A stretch of DNA of 64,000 nt from an uncultured Candidatus Saccharibacteria bacterium (GCA_964562165.1 CAZLRZ010000001.1:1349-65348), one strand, 5' to 3'. Shown: positions 1 to 9,264, numbered from the stretch's first letter. Numbers and translations: made by a program. Notes: a model not told the origin generated them from the letters alone.

Positions 1-1
1 A

Positions 2-100
2 TGTGGTACAAATTTGAAACCCAAAACTAAGTGTCCCAAATGTCAATCCGATATTAAAGCAGGAATGAAGTTCTGTGCTGAATGTGGTGAAAAACTTTAA
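2..100 (+). CDS. 3' end of a gene truncated by the window edge; C-terminal double zinc ribbon
   Basis: Manual translation from base 2: CGTNLKPKTKCPKCQSDIKAGMKFCAECGEKL*, with CxxC pairs typical of DZR/zinc-ribbon tails. Confidence 0.8.
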   Translation, partial: CGTNLKPKTKCPKCQSDIKAGMKFCAECGEKL

Positions 101-137
101 GTTAAACCTGAAGTCTTTGTAAATTCACTATCTGCTT

Positions 138-146
138 TGATATAAT
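138..146 (+). promoter_or_regulatory. Extended -10 promoter (TGaTATAAT), 6 nt before the ATG at 153; probable leaderless transcript
   Basis: TGATATAAT-CCACTC-ATG read directly. Confidence 0.7.
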
Positions 147-152
147 CCACTC

Positions 153-905
153 ATGGGAAACCTATCAAAGAGATTGCGCTACTTCAGACAAACAAAAGGT
201 ATTAGCCAAATGGATTTGGAAATTACTACTGACCTTGCTTTTGGTAGTGTGAGCAGATTTGAATCTGGTAAAACCAATCCCACAAAAGAATCTATTTACA
301 AAATTTCCGAAATTTTAAATCTATCCAATTCCGAACTCGATTATTTAGTTGGTTCCACATCAAAGCCAGCAAATGATTCCGAAATTAAACAGGCTGAAAA
401 GGAAGTCGAAAGCTACTTCAACAAACCTCTAGTACTGGCTTTTCTTATTGACGATCGATTCAGATTATTAAAAGTATCCAATACACTAATGTCTATTTTT
501 GACACTTTAGATTTAAATCAATTAATAACTTTACCCGAAATTTTATTATCAAAAGAAAATCCTATAGGTAAATTTTTTCAAAAAGATTTGAATGCAAATC
601 TCGAACAGATCTTGATAAAGGTTAAAGATAAAATGGGCTTTATGATTGATGATGAGTATTATAAACAAATAACTGGATCTATTTTAAAATACTCCTTTGC
701 TAAGAAGATTTGGGATGAAATATTAATCCAAAACAAATCTTCGCATTCTATACCAATTAGTAATAGACAATTTACTTTTGGTACTGATAAAGAGTTTACA
801 AAGATGCATTATACAATCGAATCTTTGGAGAAAAATCCTCGTTTTTCAATTTTAGAGCTTTACCCCAATATGCAGTTTTACAAAAACTTTAAGAAGTTTT
901 TTTAA
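153..905 (+). CDS. XRE-family HTH transcriptional regulator with a C-terminal ligand-binding (MmyB/PAS-like) domain
   Basis: N-terminal LRYFRQTKGISQMDL...VSRFESGKTNP is a classic HTH_3 pattern; C-terminal domain inferred. Confidence 0.8.
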   Translation: MGNLSKRLRYFRQTKGISQMDLEITTDLAFGSVSRFESGKTNPTKESIYKISEILNLSNSELDYLVGSTSKPANDSEIKQAEKEVESYFNKPLVLAFLIDDRFRLLKVSNTLMSIFDTLDLNQLITLPEILLSKENPIGKFFQKDLNANLEQILIKVKDKMGFMIDDEYYKQITGSILKYSFAKKIWDEILIQNKSSHSIPISNRQFTFGTDKEFTKMHYTIESLEKNPRFSILELYPNMQFYKNFKKFF

Positions 906-1353
906 CACTGAGAATATAGTTTCTCCAATTCGTTTTTAACCACTTTTTTGACAATTTATATTCGTCAAGTAGTCCCCTTTTTTGAAGTTCTTTACGAATA
1001 ACTCCACCTTTATGTGGGTGTTCAAAAATTTGATTTAACGGGGAACTAAATCCATGCGCATAATGGCATAGTTCGTGAGCAATAGTTCCCAGAACCACTT
1101 GGTCAGGTATTTGTGGATCTTTAAAATACGAAGTGATTGTAATTAATGACACTCGGGATTCATCTGCTGGACCTTCAGTATTTAACATCTTTTCAATTTT
1201 TTTAGTTTTTTTCCCAAGCCAAGAAATTGCGCCTAATTGCCTTTTTGACCTTTTACTAAATTTTATTAATACCACATTCAATCGAGGTACATCAGCAAAA
1301 TGATTTTCCCAAATTTCATAAAGTTTTTCTTGAAGCCAATTATCATCTCTCAT
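889..1353 (-). CDS. SprT-like zinc metalloprotease
   Basis: HELCH zincin motif followed by a downstream His (HPHKGG). Confidence 0.7.
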   Translation of the reverse strand: MRDDNWLQEKLYEIWENHFADVPRLNVVLIKFSKRSKRQLGAISWLGKKTKKIEKMLNTEGPADESRVSLITITSYFKDPQIPDQVVLGTIAHELCHYAHGFSSPLNQIFEHPHKGGVIRKELQKRGLLDEYKLSKKWLKTNWRNYILSVKKTS

Positions 1354-1359
1354 GAAAAT

Positions 1360-1368
1360 ATTATACCA
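1360..1368 (-). promoter_or_regulatory. Extended -10 promoter (TGgTATAAT), 6 nt before the ATG at 1353; probable leaderless transcript
   Basis: Minus strand reads TGGTATAAT-ATTTTC-ATG. Confidence 0.7.
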
Positions 1369-1370
1369 AT

Positions 1371-1408
1371 AAAAACAAGATCTCGGGCTTTTTAAAGCCC
1401 GAGATCTT
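1371..1408 (-). terminator. Intrinsic terminator of hsp20
   Basis: Inverted repeat AAGATCTCGGGCTT/AAGCCCGAGATCTT followed by GTTTTT on the minus strand, just after the hsp20 stop. Confidence 0.8.
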
Positions 1409-1421
1409 AATTGTTACTCTT

Positions 1422-1844
1422 TTATTTAACTGAAATAGCAATTTTTTTAGGTTTAACTTCTTCTACTTTTGGAAGAAGAACTTTTAAAATTCCATTTTTC
1501 ATTTCAGCTTGAACTTGATCAGATTTTACAGATGTTGGCAAGCTAATTGATTTACTAAAAGATTCGTTTCGCATTTCTTTGTAATAGTATTTTCTCTTTT
1601 TGTCTTCCTCTTCTTTTTCTTGTTCAAATTTTCCTGTTATTGTAAGAACCTTACCTTCTATACTGATTTCAATTTGTTCTGGAGTAAAACCCGCAGCTTT
1701 TAATTTAACGACTACTTTATCGTCATCTTCGTACATTTCAAGTTCTCCAGTACTTACTGGAACGAAATCTTTCATTAAATCATCCATCCAGTTAGCTGTC
1801 CAGAATCTTGTAGGATCCATTAAAGTTAATCTTCTGTCATTCAT
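1422..1844 (-). CDS. Hsp20/alpha-crystallin small heat-shock protein
   Basis: SFSKSISLP...AEMKNGILKVLLPK signature; C-terminal IxI motif (KKIAISV). Confidence 0.95.
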   Translation of the reverse strand: MNDRRLTLMDPTRFWTANWMDDLMKDFVPVSTGELEMYEDDDKVVVKLKAAGFTPEQIEISIEGKVLTITGKFEQEKEEEDKKRKYYYKEMRNESFSKSISLPTSVKSDQVQAEMKNGILKVLLPKVEEVKPKKIAISVK

Positions 1845-1886
1845 TTTTAAAAAATATAAAAAATAAAATATTTGCCGAGAAGATGG

Positions 1887-1913
1887 TTAGCAATCTAACA
1901 ACCTCTCTGCTAA
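1887..1913 (-). promoter_or_regulatory. CIRCE-like HrcA operator upstream of hsp20
   Basis: TTAGCAGAG-N9-GATTGCTAA versus consensus TTAGCACTC-N9-GAGTGCTAA; exact 9-nt spacer; lies right after the -10 box. Confidence 0.8.
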
Positions 1914-1914
1914 A

Positions 1915-1944
1915 AGTTTAACTCAAAAGGGATTTTTTTGTCAA
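1915..1944 (-). promoter_or_regulatory. sigma70-type promoter of hsp20
   Basis: TTGACA (1944-1939) - 18 nt - TAAACT (1920-1915). Confidence 0.7.
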
Positions 1945-1953
1945 GAGGTTTCT

Positions 1954-2988
1954 CTAATAAACAGCCGTAGCTGTGTAAATGATAGTTGTCTGGTAGAATC
2001 CGGCGGCAGTTGCAGAAGCTATCCCCACCCTATAAAAAACATTTGCTGTTTCAGTTACTTCTGTTGCTCCATACATAACCTCCTCTGGATTTGTTGAAAA
2101 TGCAGCATACTTTGGATTTGAAGGTGTATTTTGAAATCTATTTGGCGTAGCACCCGAGAGTGTATAGTCATTTGTATAATAACCAAAAGCTTCTGTTCCT
2201 GCAGCTGGGAAAACAGTTGGGGAAGCATTTGTGCCGCTATGGTCATTGATATCGTCTACTCCATTTGCAGCTAAAAGTTTTTGTGTATATCTCGTTGTCA
2301 CTGTAAATCCATTTGTTGCGTTTGTTGAGATATTTAATAAATGTGCTCCAGTCCTATTTGTTGCAGTAGTGAGGGTTCCAAATGGTACTGTCCCATCAGT
2401 TGATGTAATATCCGGAGAATAGAGAGGTATATATTCACCCGCTCCAACACCATCAATAGTAAAGGTTAAAGTGGGATCAACACTTGCAGTAACTAATTGG
2501 CTGTTGTTATAAATGTACATAACTGTACCATTATCGACTGGTGAAGAAGCACAATCAGTATTATTATAGGTACTTACCAAAACAAAATAACCAGTTTCGA
2601 TTGTTGACCCGTTTGTAATTCCACTCAAAATAATTGTTCTAGATGTTGCTGCAGCTGGTGTTTGGGCGGTACCAGTTATCGTTGTAACTCCACTTGCATC
2701 AGTATTTACAACTGTCCAACTGGCTGGTGTAGGAATGTATGTACCAGAAAAAGTTGCTGATGCAATATTCATACCTGTTGGCTTAGTTTGCACGCTTGTT
2801 GAAGTCGAAAATGCCACCTTGATACATTGTATGGCTGATACTGTTACATTATCCATTTTTATAGTATAAGACACCGCAGCCTGTGAAGGTCTTGAATCCG
2901 ATAACAACACTGACGAATTTGTGTATGAGGCAGCTTTTACAGGTTGCAGAGCAATGCTAGGCAAGGTTATTAGCAAAACCAAAAACAA
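1954..2988 (-). CDS. Secreted Ser/Thr-rich beta-sandwich surface protein with a WxL-like C-terminus; true start probably ATG 3023 with a 1-nt frameshift
   Basis: Signal h/c-region ending VKAA; T/S-rich; C-terminal AAGFYQTTIIYTAT pattern. Confidence 0.7.
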   Translation of the reverse strand: MFLVLLITLPSIALQPVKAASYTNSSVLLSDSRPSQAAVSYTIKMDNVTVSAIQCIKVAFSTSTSVQTKPTGMNIASATFSGTYIPTPASWTVVNTDASGVTTITGTAQTPAAATSRTIILSGITNGSTIETGYFVLVSTYNNTDCASSPVDNGTVMYIYNNSQLVTASVDPTLTFTIDGVGAGEYIPLYSPDITSTDGTVPFGTLTTATNRTGAHLLNISTNATNGFTVTTRYTQKLLAANGVDDINDHSGTNASPTVFPAAGTEAFGYYTNDYTLSGATPNRFQNTPSNPKYAAFSTNPEEVMYGATEVTETANVFYRVGIASATAAGFYQTTIIYTATAVY

Positions 2989-3019
2989 TTTAATTGTTTT
3001 TTCAGAGTTTTAATAGTTT

Positions 3020-3394
3020 TCATAAAATAAAAATGATTAACACACTGTAAATTAAAGCCAAGAAGACTGCAAGCAGGATAATAAACGTTGCCCTTTCTCG
3101 GTCTTTTTCAATTGAATCGCTATCAATAACATTATGCGGTTCTAGAGCATCGTCGGAATTCTCTTTTTGCGTTATTCCGTACATTACTCCAAATTTATTA
3201 CGGAATTGAATTATTCCAAGAGCGCAAAAATATGCTGGAATAAACACAAGGATTTGTAATAAGGTTGGAAAGATCCAAACATAGCTAATAAAAGTCCAGC
3301 CCATTGTGATCATGCCGGCGCCTATGGCCATATCTTGGAATTTTTGCACATCCTTTGAGCCGGCATTAGAAATGCCTGGTTTATAATTATTCAT
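3020..3394 (-). CDS. Small membrane protein, about 3 TM segments, function unknown
   Basis: Hydrophobic segments; TATCCT hexamer 6 nt before the ATG. Confidence 0.65.
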   Translation of the reverse strand: MNNYKPGISNAGSKDVQKFQDMAIGAGMITMGWTFISYVWIFPTLLQILVFIPAYFCALGIIQFRNKFGVMYGITQKENSDDALEPHNVIDSDSIEKDRERATFIILLAVFLALIYSVLIIFIL

Positions 3395-3472
3395 AATAAA
3401 AGGATACTAAAAATGAAGCGAGATTTGAATATGCTATACTATTTTTATACCTAATTTTAACTTTTTTTAAGT

Positions 3473-4171
3473 ATGTTTTTGCCCTCATTTGATCCAATTT
3501 ACATCCTTTTCGCTTTACCTGCTCTCGTTTTAGGATTTATCGCTACTATATATTTAAATTATATAACTAAGAAGTTCAATACAATTGAAACCAAACGCAA
3601 ATTAAATGGTTTAGAAATAGCCCAAGTAATTGGGAAAAGTGAAGGAATAAAATTCCAAATCAATTTATTTCCGACCCTTCTGAGTGAGTCTTACGATCCA
3701 ACGACTCAAACTTTAAACTTATCAGTTGAAAGCGCACAAAACAGAACTATCACAACTACTGCTATAACTGCTCATGAACTTGGACATATTATTCAACACC
3801 AAAAAGATAGTTTGTTATTTAAAATCAGAACAACTATAGTTCCTCTTGTTAGTTTTGGTACAAATATTGGATATTTTCTATTAATTATAGGTTTAGTTTT
3901 GGAATTCTCAAGCCTAGCATGGCTTGGTATAATTTTCTTTTCTTTAGCTACAATTTTTGCACTTATTACTGTTCCACTTGAATTTGACGCTAGCGAAAAG
4001 GCAATTAGGGTTTTAGAAAAGAACCAAATTATTTTTCCTTCAGAAAAATCGGGTGCAAAAAAGGTATTATTTGCAGCTGCATTAACCTATGTCGCAGGAC
4101 TATTTCAGTCAATCGGACAACTCCTTTACTTTATTTTCCGCATACAGGGGTTTTCAAGGAGTAAAGATTAA
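3473..4171 (+). CDS. YugP-type neutral zinc metallopeptidase (membrane)
   Basis: AHELGH, ITVPLEFDAS and AAALTYVA motifs. Confidence 0.9.
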   Translation: MFLPSFDPIYILFALPALVLGFIATIYLNYITKKFNTIETKRKLNGLEIAQVIGKSEGIKFQINLFPTLLSESYDPTTQTLNLSVESAQNRTITTTAITAHELGHIIQHQKDSLLFKIRTTIVPLVSFGTNIGYFLLIIGLVLEFSSLAWLGIIFFSLATIFALITVPLEFDASEKAIRVLEKNQIIFPSEKSGAKKVLFAAALTYVAGLFQSIGQLLYFIFRIQGFSRSKD

Positions 4172-4487
4172 CCAATCAATAAGCCAGATTCTGTATCCTC
4201 CAATTAGTTTTGGATTGAGATAGTAATTTATCTATGCCTAGAAATATTCTAGTTGCTCTAAAGTAAGGGTTACCCAGCATTTCAACTTTACAGTTGAAAC
4301 CGGTGGTCTTTTACACCACCTTTTCACAATCTCCAAATCAATTAAGATTTGGGATTTTGCTTTCTGTGGCCCTGTTCTATAAGCTCACACCTATCCATGT
4401 TTCCATGGTACTTTTTGCTAAATTGAATTAGCTTAGAGTCCGGACTTTCCTCCCCAAATTACTCCGGGGCTACCATCTTGATTAGTT
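4170..4487 (-). ncRNA. rnpB: RNase P RNA (about 318 nt)
   Basis: 5' conserved GAGGAAAGTCCGGAC and 3' conserved ACAGAATCTGGCTTA; P1 pairing AACTAATCAA/TTGATTGGTT; TATAAT (4499-4494) 6 nt upstream. Confidence 0.96.
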
Positions 4488-4499
4488 GGGATTATTATA

Positions 4500-5072
4500 C
4501 TAGAAATCGACTACTTTCGTAAATGTATACGATTCGTCCTCAAAAAGAATAGTTGCATTTAAACTGTAGCTACCTTTTTCGAAATATTCTTGAAGACCAC
4601 TTCTGTTATTAATATCTTTTGCTTTTTCAATAAAAGAATAATTTACAGAGCTATCATCCATTTTTACAAACGACCAATAAATTTGGAATTCTGAACCTGT
4701 TTCGCCCCATACTACACCTTCAACACTTGGCGTTATTTTAAAATCTACATAAGAATGATCCCCATCTACCAATAAAACTTGCGTATATATTTCAGCATTT
4801 ACTGTCCTTTTGGCTTGTATATTAAAAACCTCTTGTTGGTTAACTGCTAAGACTGCAAATACAACGCCGGCACCTACGACAAACAATCCTAATAATGCAT
4901 AAAGTGATTTCCCTAGAAATCCCGTGGCTGTTTTGTTTTGATTTTCCATGTTTAACTTTCTATTTTTAAAATGAAAAAATACAATAGCTAGTATTACTAA
5001 GATTAATAATACCAAAGCTATAAAAAATAAGCTATTCAAATTTATTGATATTTGCTGTTGAAAATAATCCAT
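4500..5072 (-). CDS. Hypothetical membrane protein (2 TM plus extracytoplasmic beta domain), downstream of the VirB4-like cluster
   Basis: Two hydrophobic helices; 16 nt after the ATPase stop. Confidence 0.7.
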   Translation of the reverse strand: MDYFQQQISINLNSLFFIALVLLILVILAIVFFHFKNRKLNMENQNKTATGFLGKSLYALLGLFVVGAGVVFAVLAVNQQEVFNIQAKRTVNAEIYTQVLLVDGDHSYVDFKITPSVEGVVWGETGSEFQIYWSFVKMDDSSVNYSFIEKAKDINNRSGLQEYFEKGSYSLNATILFEDESYTFTKVVDF

Positions 5073-5088
5073 AATCCTTTAAACTCTT

Positions 5089-7104
5089 TTATGTTGTTAA
5101 ATTCGTTTTTATCACACTTTTTTGGGGCTGAACATCTTTTACTCCCGAAATCTCCTCCTTATCTTTACTTTCCATTGCCAAAATTTCTCTAAGATTAGTT
5201 GTTATTAAGTTATGTTCGTTTTCGCTTGCTAATACTTGTATTGCAACATGATTATAATCGGCAAAGAATAAGCCTTCACCAATACCCGCTGAAAGTAGGT
5301 AATCCTTTTCTCCATCTGATAAATAAAAGACTTTTTGAATTTGATCAACTGCAGCGGCATTTTGCTTTAACAATAATTGAATTGACGAGTTGTTAACTAC
5401 GGCCTTTCCGTAATCGGATGTTAAAAAGTCATTAACATCTTGTGTGATTGTTGTTACTCCTAAGCCGTATTTCCTTGATCTTTTTACAATAGAATAGACA
5501 AAACGAGCCGCATCAGGATATTGCATCATCCACCAAGCCTCATCAATAATTAGAATACGTTGTCGCTTATCCTTTTTAACTAAAGTCCAGATATAGTCTA
5601 ACATCACATACATTGCTACAGGTCTGAGTTCATCTGACAAATCTCTAATACTGAAGGCTGTAAAGGTATTATTTATTTTTACATTCGTAGCCTGGTCAAA
5701 AACACCTGCAGCGCTACCTTTAATAAATCTTTCGATTTTACTGGCTAGTAGATGGGCTTCGTCTTCGGCCATTGCATTAAGGATTTTATACAAATCTTCT
5801 AATAGTGGTGGAGGTCTTCGTTGAGTGGATGGATCAGGAGTAATCCCCTTTTCTTTATATGTCAAAATCAAGGCCCTATCAAGAATAGCAGTTTCTATTG
5901 GGCTTATTGTGCCCCCGACCATAATTCTAATTAGGCCTTGTAAAAATAGGATCTTAAATCTCAATTCATCTTCATCCTTTTCGAAAATACCTGATAGTTC
6001 AAATGGATTTAGTTTAGCCCCGGAATCTTGAGAGAATGTAATATATTCCCCGCCAATAGCATTTGTGAGTTTTTCATATTCTTTTTCAGGATCGATAATC
6101 ATAACGTGGGTTCCAAGCATCAAACTACGCATTGCTTCTAGTTTTACAAAATAACTTTTTCCGGCTCCAGAGGTTGCGAATATTACCATATTAGGGTTAG
6201 GCATTTGGAACCTATCAAAAATGATCAAACTTTTATTGTGCTTATTTATTCCATACATTATGCCGTCATCCATTGTAAGTTCCGAGGATACAAATGGGAA
6301 CGTTGTCGCTAATGAGGTTGTGTCCATATTCCTATTAAGATAGATTTTGTCATATCCCAAAGGAAGCGTGGAAATAAAGCCCTGCTCTTGTTGTAATGAT
6401 GCAACTTTAACAATTACACCTATTGCAGAAAGAGTTGATTCAACATTTCTTGAAATTTCTTCAAGTTCTTTAAGGTTAGTTGAACGAATAGTTACATATA
6501 GGGCAAAGTGGAAGAACTTCTGATTGCCCGAGGCGATCTGATCTTGGAGTTCTTCAGCTGAACGCAATGCGACTTTAACATTTGGGTCTGGTAGCTTGCC
6601 TGATTCTAGGTCAATATTAATAGTCGCTTGGAATTCAGTGATTTTTCTCTTTAACCTTTGTAATACAAGGCCCGAATCTGTTGGATAATAAAAAGTCGAA
6701 ATTGTAATAGGTTTCTCAAAGTTTATTAGAGGAGACAGCCAATTTGCGCCCACCCAGGTTGGGAATCCTGTCGCAAAGAAAGTTCTAAAATATTTACTAC
6801 CGATTTGCATATTGTTGAAATCGATTTCGATTGCAGGTGGAGCAATAATATCTTTAACATCAACGATACCTTCTGAGAAATTTTTAATTGCGTCTTCTTC
6901 TAGTTCACTATCCGTTTTGGTTTCAGTAACCTTTACTTGTGGCTTGCCCATAACTGACTCTAGAGCCTGTTTAATTCCGGTGCTTTGTTGTGGGGCAGCC
7001 TGCGTAGACTGAGCCCCCGCCACAGCAGTATTAGACTGAGGCCCAGCTTCTTGAGTTTGTGGTTTTGAAGGTTTTCTTCCTAATAGTGCGTCTAATATAT
7101 TCAT
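5089..7104 (-). CDS. VirB4/TraC-like type IV secretion ATPase
   Basis: Walker A ATSGAGKS, IIDPEKEY, Walker B IIDEAW, RSRKY and TITQD motifs. Confidence 0.92.
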   Translation of the reverse strand: MNILDALLGRKPSKPQTQEAGPQSNTAVAGAQSTQAAPQQSTGIKQALESVMGKPQVKVTETKTDSELEEDAIKNFSEGIVDVKDIIAPPAIEIDFNNMQIGSKYFRTFFATGFPTWVGANWLSPLINFEKPITISTFYYPTDSGLVLQRLKRKITEFQATINIDLESGKLPDPNVKVALRSAEELQDQIASGNQKFFHFALYVTIRSTNLKELEEISRNVESTLSAIGVIVKVASLQQEQGFISTLPLGYDKIYLNRNMDTTSLATTFPFVSSELTMDDGIMYGINKHNKSLIIFDRFQMPNPNMVIFATSGAGKSYFVKLEAMRSLMLGTHVMIIDPEKEYEKLTNAIGGEYITFSQDSGAKLNPFELSGIFEKDEDELRFKILFLQGLIRIMVGGTISPIETAILDRALILTYKEKGITPDPSTQRRPPPLLEDLYKILNAMAEDEAHLLASKIERFIKGSAAGVFDQATNVKINNTFTAFSIRDLSDELRPVAMYVMLDYIWTLVKKDKRQRILIIDEAWWMMQYPDAARFVYSIVKRSRKYGLGVTTITQDVNDFLTSDYGKAVVNNSSIQLLLKQNAAAVDQIQKVFYLSDGEKDYLLSAGIGEGLFFADYNHVAIQVLASENEHNLITTNLREILAMESKDKEEISGVKDVQPQKSVIKTNLTT

Positions 7105-7769
7105 TATTTACTTGATGTATATTGTGTAGTTTTAAGTTGTAATTTCGAAACCCCTAATTTATCAGGATCGTACATAGAATAATAAAGCCTGATAAGCCTA
7201 TCATTATCTAATTGGAATGCATTTAGCCCAATATTTTTAAATTGTTTTATAAAATTCTCTCTTTTTGGGAATAATCTTGGCTTTACTTCATCTAGCATTG
7301 AATTTATGTTTATGATCCTTTCTTTTTTGCCAAAGAACTGTTTAACTCCACTCGTTTTCTGAACTGTGCCTCCACTTTCTGGGATTACAATATAGAAGGT
7401 TTTGTCTAGGATATCTTTATTGGCAGTTAGATTCTGAATAAATTGCATATAAATATCAATTTGCCTTTTTAGGGCATCAGAAATTTGCTTTTCCCTATAT
7501 ACCTTTAGTCTGTCGATATATCCACTAATATCAGTTCTTTCGGTCTTAATTACTATTTGAAAAGGGAAGTCCAAGGAATTCAAAATTGCAGCAAAGCTCA
7601 TAATCTTCATGTCTTGTTCTTTTTCTGACAACAAATCGAAGTTTAAAGCATTTACCTCAAGCACCATTGAAATCATTCCGTTTTTCAAAATGACCAAATC
7701 ATCGCGAATATCTTCTATTGCAAGATGCTGTTGAGTGCTAGGACTTGTTGATGGACCGAATAATCCCAT
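7104..7769 (-). CDS. VirB4-associated protein (TraC/VirB4 N-terminal-like)
   Basis: ALNFDLLSEKEQ...LNSLDFPFQIVI pattern; TAATG-coupled between PrgI and VirB4. Confidence 0.75.
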   Translation of the reverse strand: MGLFGPSTSPSTQQHLAIEDIRDDLVILKNGMISMVLEVNALNFDLLSEKEQDMKIMSFAAILNSLDFPFQIVIKTERTDISGYIDRLKVYREKQISDALKRQIDIYMQFIQNLTANKDILDKTFYIVIPESGGTVQKTSGVKQFFGKKERIININSMLDEVKPRLFPKRENFIKQFKNIGLNAFQLDNDRLIRLYYSMYDPDKLGVSKLQLKTTQYTSSK

Positions 7770-8776
7770 TAATTTATAGCTTTTATAACTAAATCTAATA
7801 ATTTCCCTTCTTCTATATTAACGCTTATGCGATCAAAGTTGAAGTTTGGTTTTGATATGTCTAAGTAATAATCGCCACTTGGCAATTGATTGATTAATTC
7901 AAACCGTCCATCCGCATTGCTGTTTAACGACCTCACCAATTTGCCAGACAAATCAATAATATCAATTTTCGCAGATTTCACAGGTTGATTGAATGCATCA
8001 ACAACAATTCCTGTTAAAAATAGCTTAATATTATTATTCTTTACTACTGCAGCAGTAGGATTTGAAGTGTTAAAATCCACCGGCCTATTTACCCTACTTG
8101 TCATTGGTTTAAAAGATACTGCATAATTTGAGCCCTCGTATAATTTTTCGCCCTTGAAATCCTGCGTGATTGAATCGGCAATGGTCTCGGGCTTTTTGTA
8201 CATAGTGTCGTTTTGTGGTGGAGTGTTTTCTGCCACCTGAGCAGTTCTTTGTGGCTTTTCGCCTTGGATTTCCGGGACTTGATTAAACAAGAAATCAAAA
8301 TGTTCGTTTATTTTGCTGAGATTGTCATCCTCAAATTTGTCTAGTTTTTCTTCTTCTACAGATAGTTTTTCAAGGGGTTGATCAGGAATGTTAGCAACAC
8401 GCATTCGTGATAAAGCATTATCGATTTCTTTACCAGGAGCTTTTGTGACAGTTTCCGCTTTTGATTCCTGAAGGATTTCAGGAACTACAGGCGTTTTGCG
8501 CCATAATCTTTCTTGGGGTTCAAAAAGGCTATTTACAAAGTTTTGAAGATATATAACTGCAGACTGACCATTTATTTTGACAACTGCCAGAATAATTCCT
8601 CCGCCAATAGAAATAGCGATAAAAATATATTTTAAGATTTCGGGGATTTCCGAGTAGTAGAGCAAAAGGGCTAATATAAAGCCTACAGCCAAATATCCAA
8701 ACTGTTTTACAGTAAAGAACCCGAATAGTTTGAACTCAACATCCATAAAATTATGGGGCACTGGATGTCTTTCCAT
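7769..8776 (-). CDS. PrgI-family membrane protein with a C-terminal carboxypeptidase-regulatory-like domain
   Basis: HPVPHNFMDVEFKLFGFFTVKQF plus 2 TM; C-terminal GIVVDAFNQPV...SNADGRF...LPSGDY. Confidence 0.85.
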   Translation of the reverse strand: MERHPVPHNFMDVEFKLFGFFTVKQFGYLAVGFILALLLYYSEIPEILKYIFIAISIGGGIILAVVKINGQSAVIYLQNFVNSLFEPQERLWRKTPVVPEILQESKAETVTKAPGKEIDNALSRMRVANIPDQPLEKLSVEEEKLDKFEDDNLSKINEHFDFLFNQVPEIQGEKPQRTAQVAENTPPQNDTMYKKPETIADSITQDFKGEKLYEGSNYAVSFKPMTSRVNRPVDFNTSNPTAAVVKNNNIKLFLTGIVVDAFNQPVKSAKIDIIDLSGKLVRSLNSNADGRFELINQLPSGDYYLDISKPNFNFDRISVNIEEGKLLDLVIKAIN

Positions 8777-8796
8777 TGAATTTAAAAAATTTTAAC

Positions 8797-9264
8797 TTAT
8801 TTAATATCAACAATCACATATTCATTTTCGCCTGCTGGCGTTGCGAATTGAAAAACTTGGTCTTTCTTTTTCCCAACAATTGCCATGCCTAGTGGGGCTT
8901 CAACTGAAATTTTACCGTTTGTTGGATCAGCTTCACTTGGGCCGACTAATTCAAAAGTTGATTTCGAATTGGTTGTTTTGTTTAATACAACGACAGTCTT
9001 GCCAATTGAGGCATTTGAACTGTTCTTGTTTTCAACGATTATTACAGCGTTTTTTATCATATCGTCTAATTCGACGATCTTTTTTTCGTTAAATTCTTTT
9101 TCATCCATTGCAGCTTTGTATGCCGCATTTTCTGAAAGATCTCCCTGCTCTCTAGCAGTTTCAATTTCGTCTGCAATCTTTTCCCGGAGTTTAGTTAAAC
9201 GCTCTTCAAGCTCTTTTTTTAAGTCAACTAAGCCTTCTTTTGTAATTTGAATTTTAGTATCCAT
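8797..9264 (-). CDS. greA: Transcription elongation factor GreA
   Basis: GDLSENAAY and ISVEAPLGMAIVG motifs. Confidence 0.97.
   Translation of the reverse strand: MDTKIQITKEGLVDLKKELEERLTKLREKIADEIETAREQGDLSENAAYKAAMDEKEFNEKKIVELDDMIKNAVIIVENKNSSNASIGKTVVVLNKTTNSKSTFELVGPSEADPTNGKISVEAPLGMAIVGKKKDQVFQFATPAGENEYVIVDIK

Noticed and set aside
2146-2172. DYTLSGAT in the surface protein as an ApbE flavinylation site
   Set aside because: Asp spacing is off by one, the protein is S/T/G/A-rich so a chance match is likely, and it lies 56 kb from apbE
5089-8776. VirB4 cluster as an ICE or other mobile element
   Set aside because: No integrase, relaxase or flanking repeats; embedded in the greA operon
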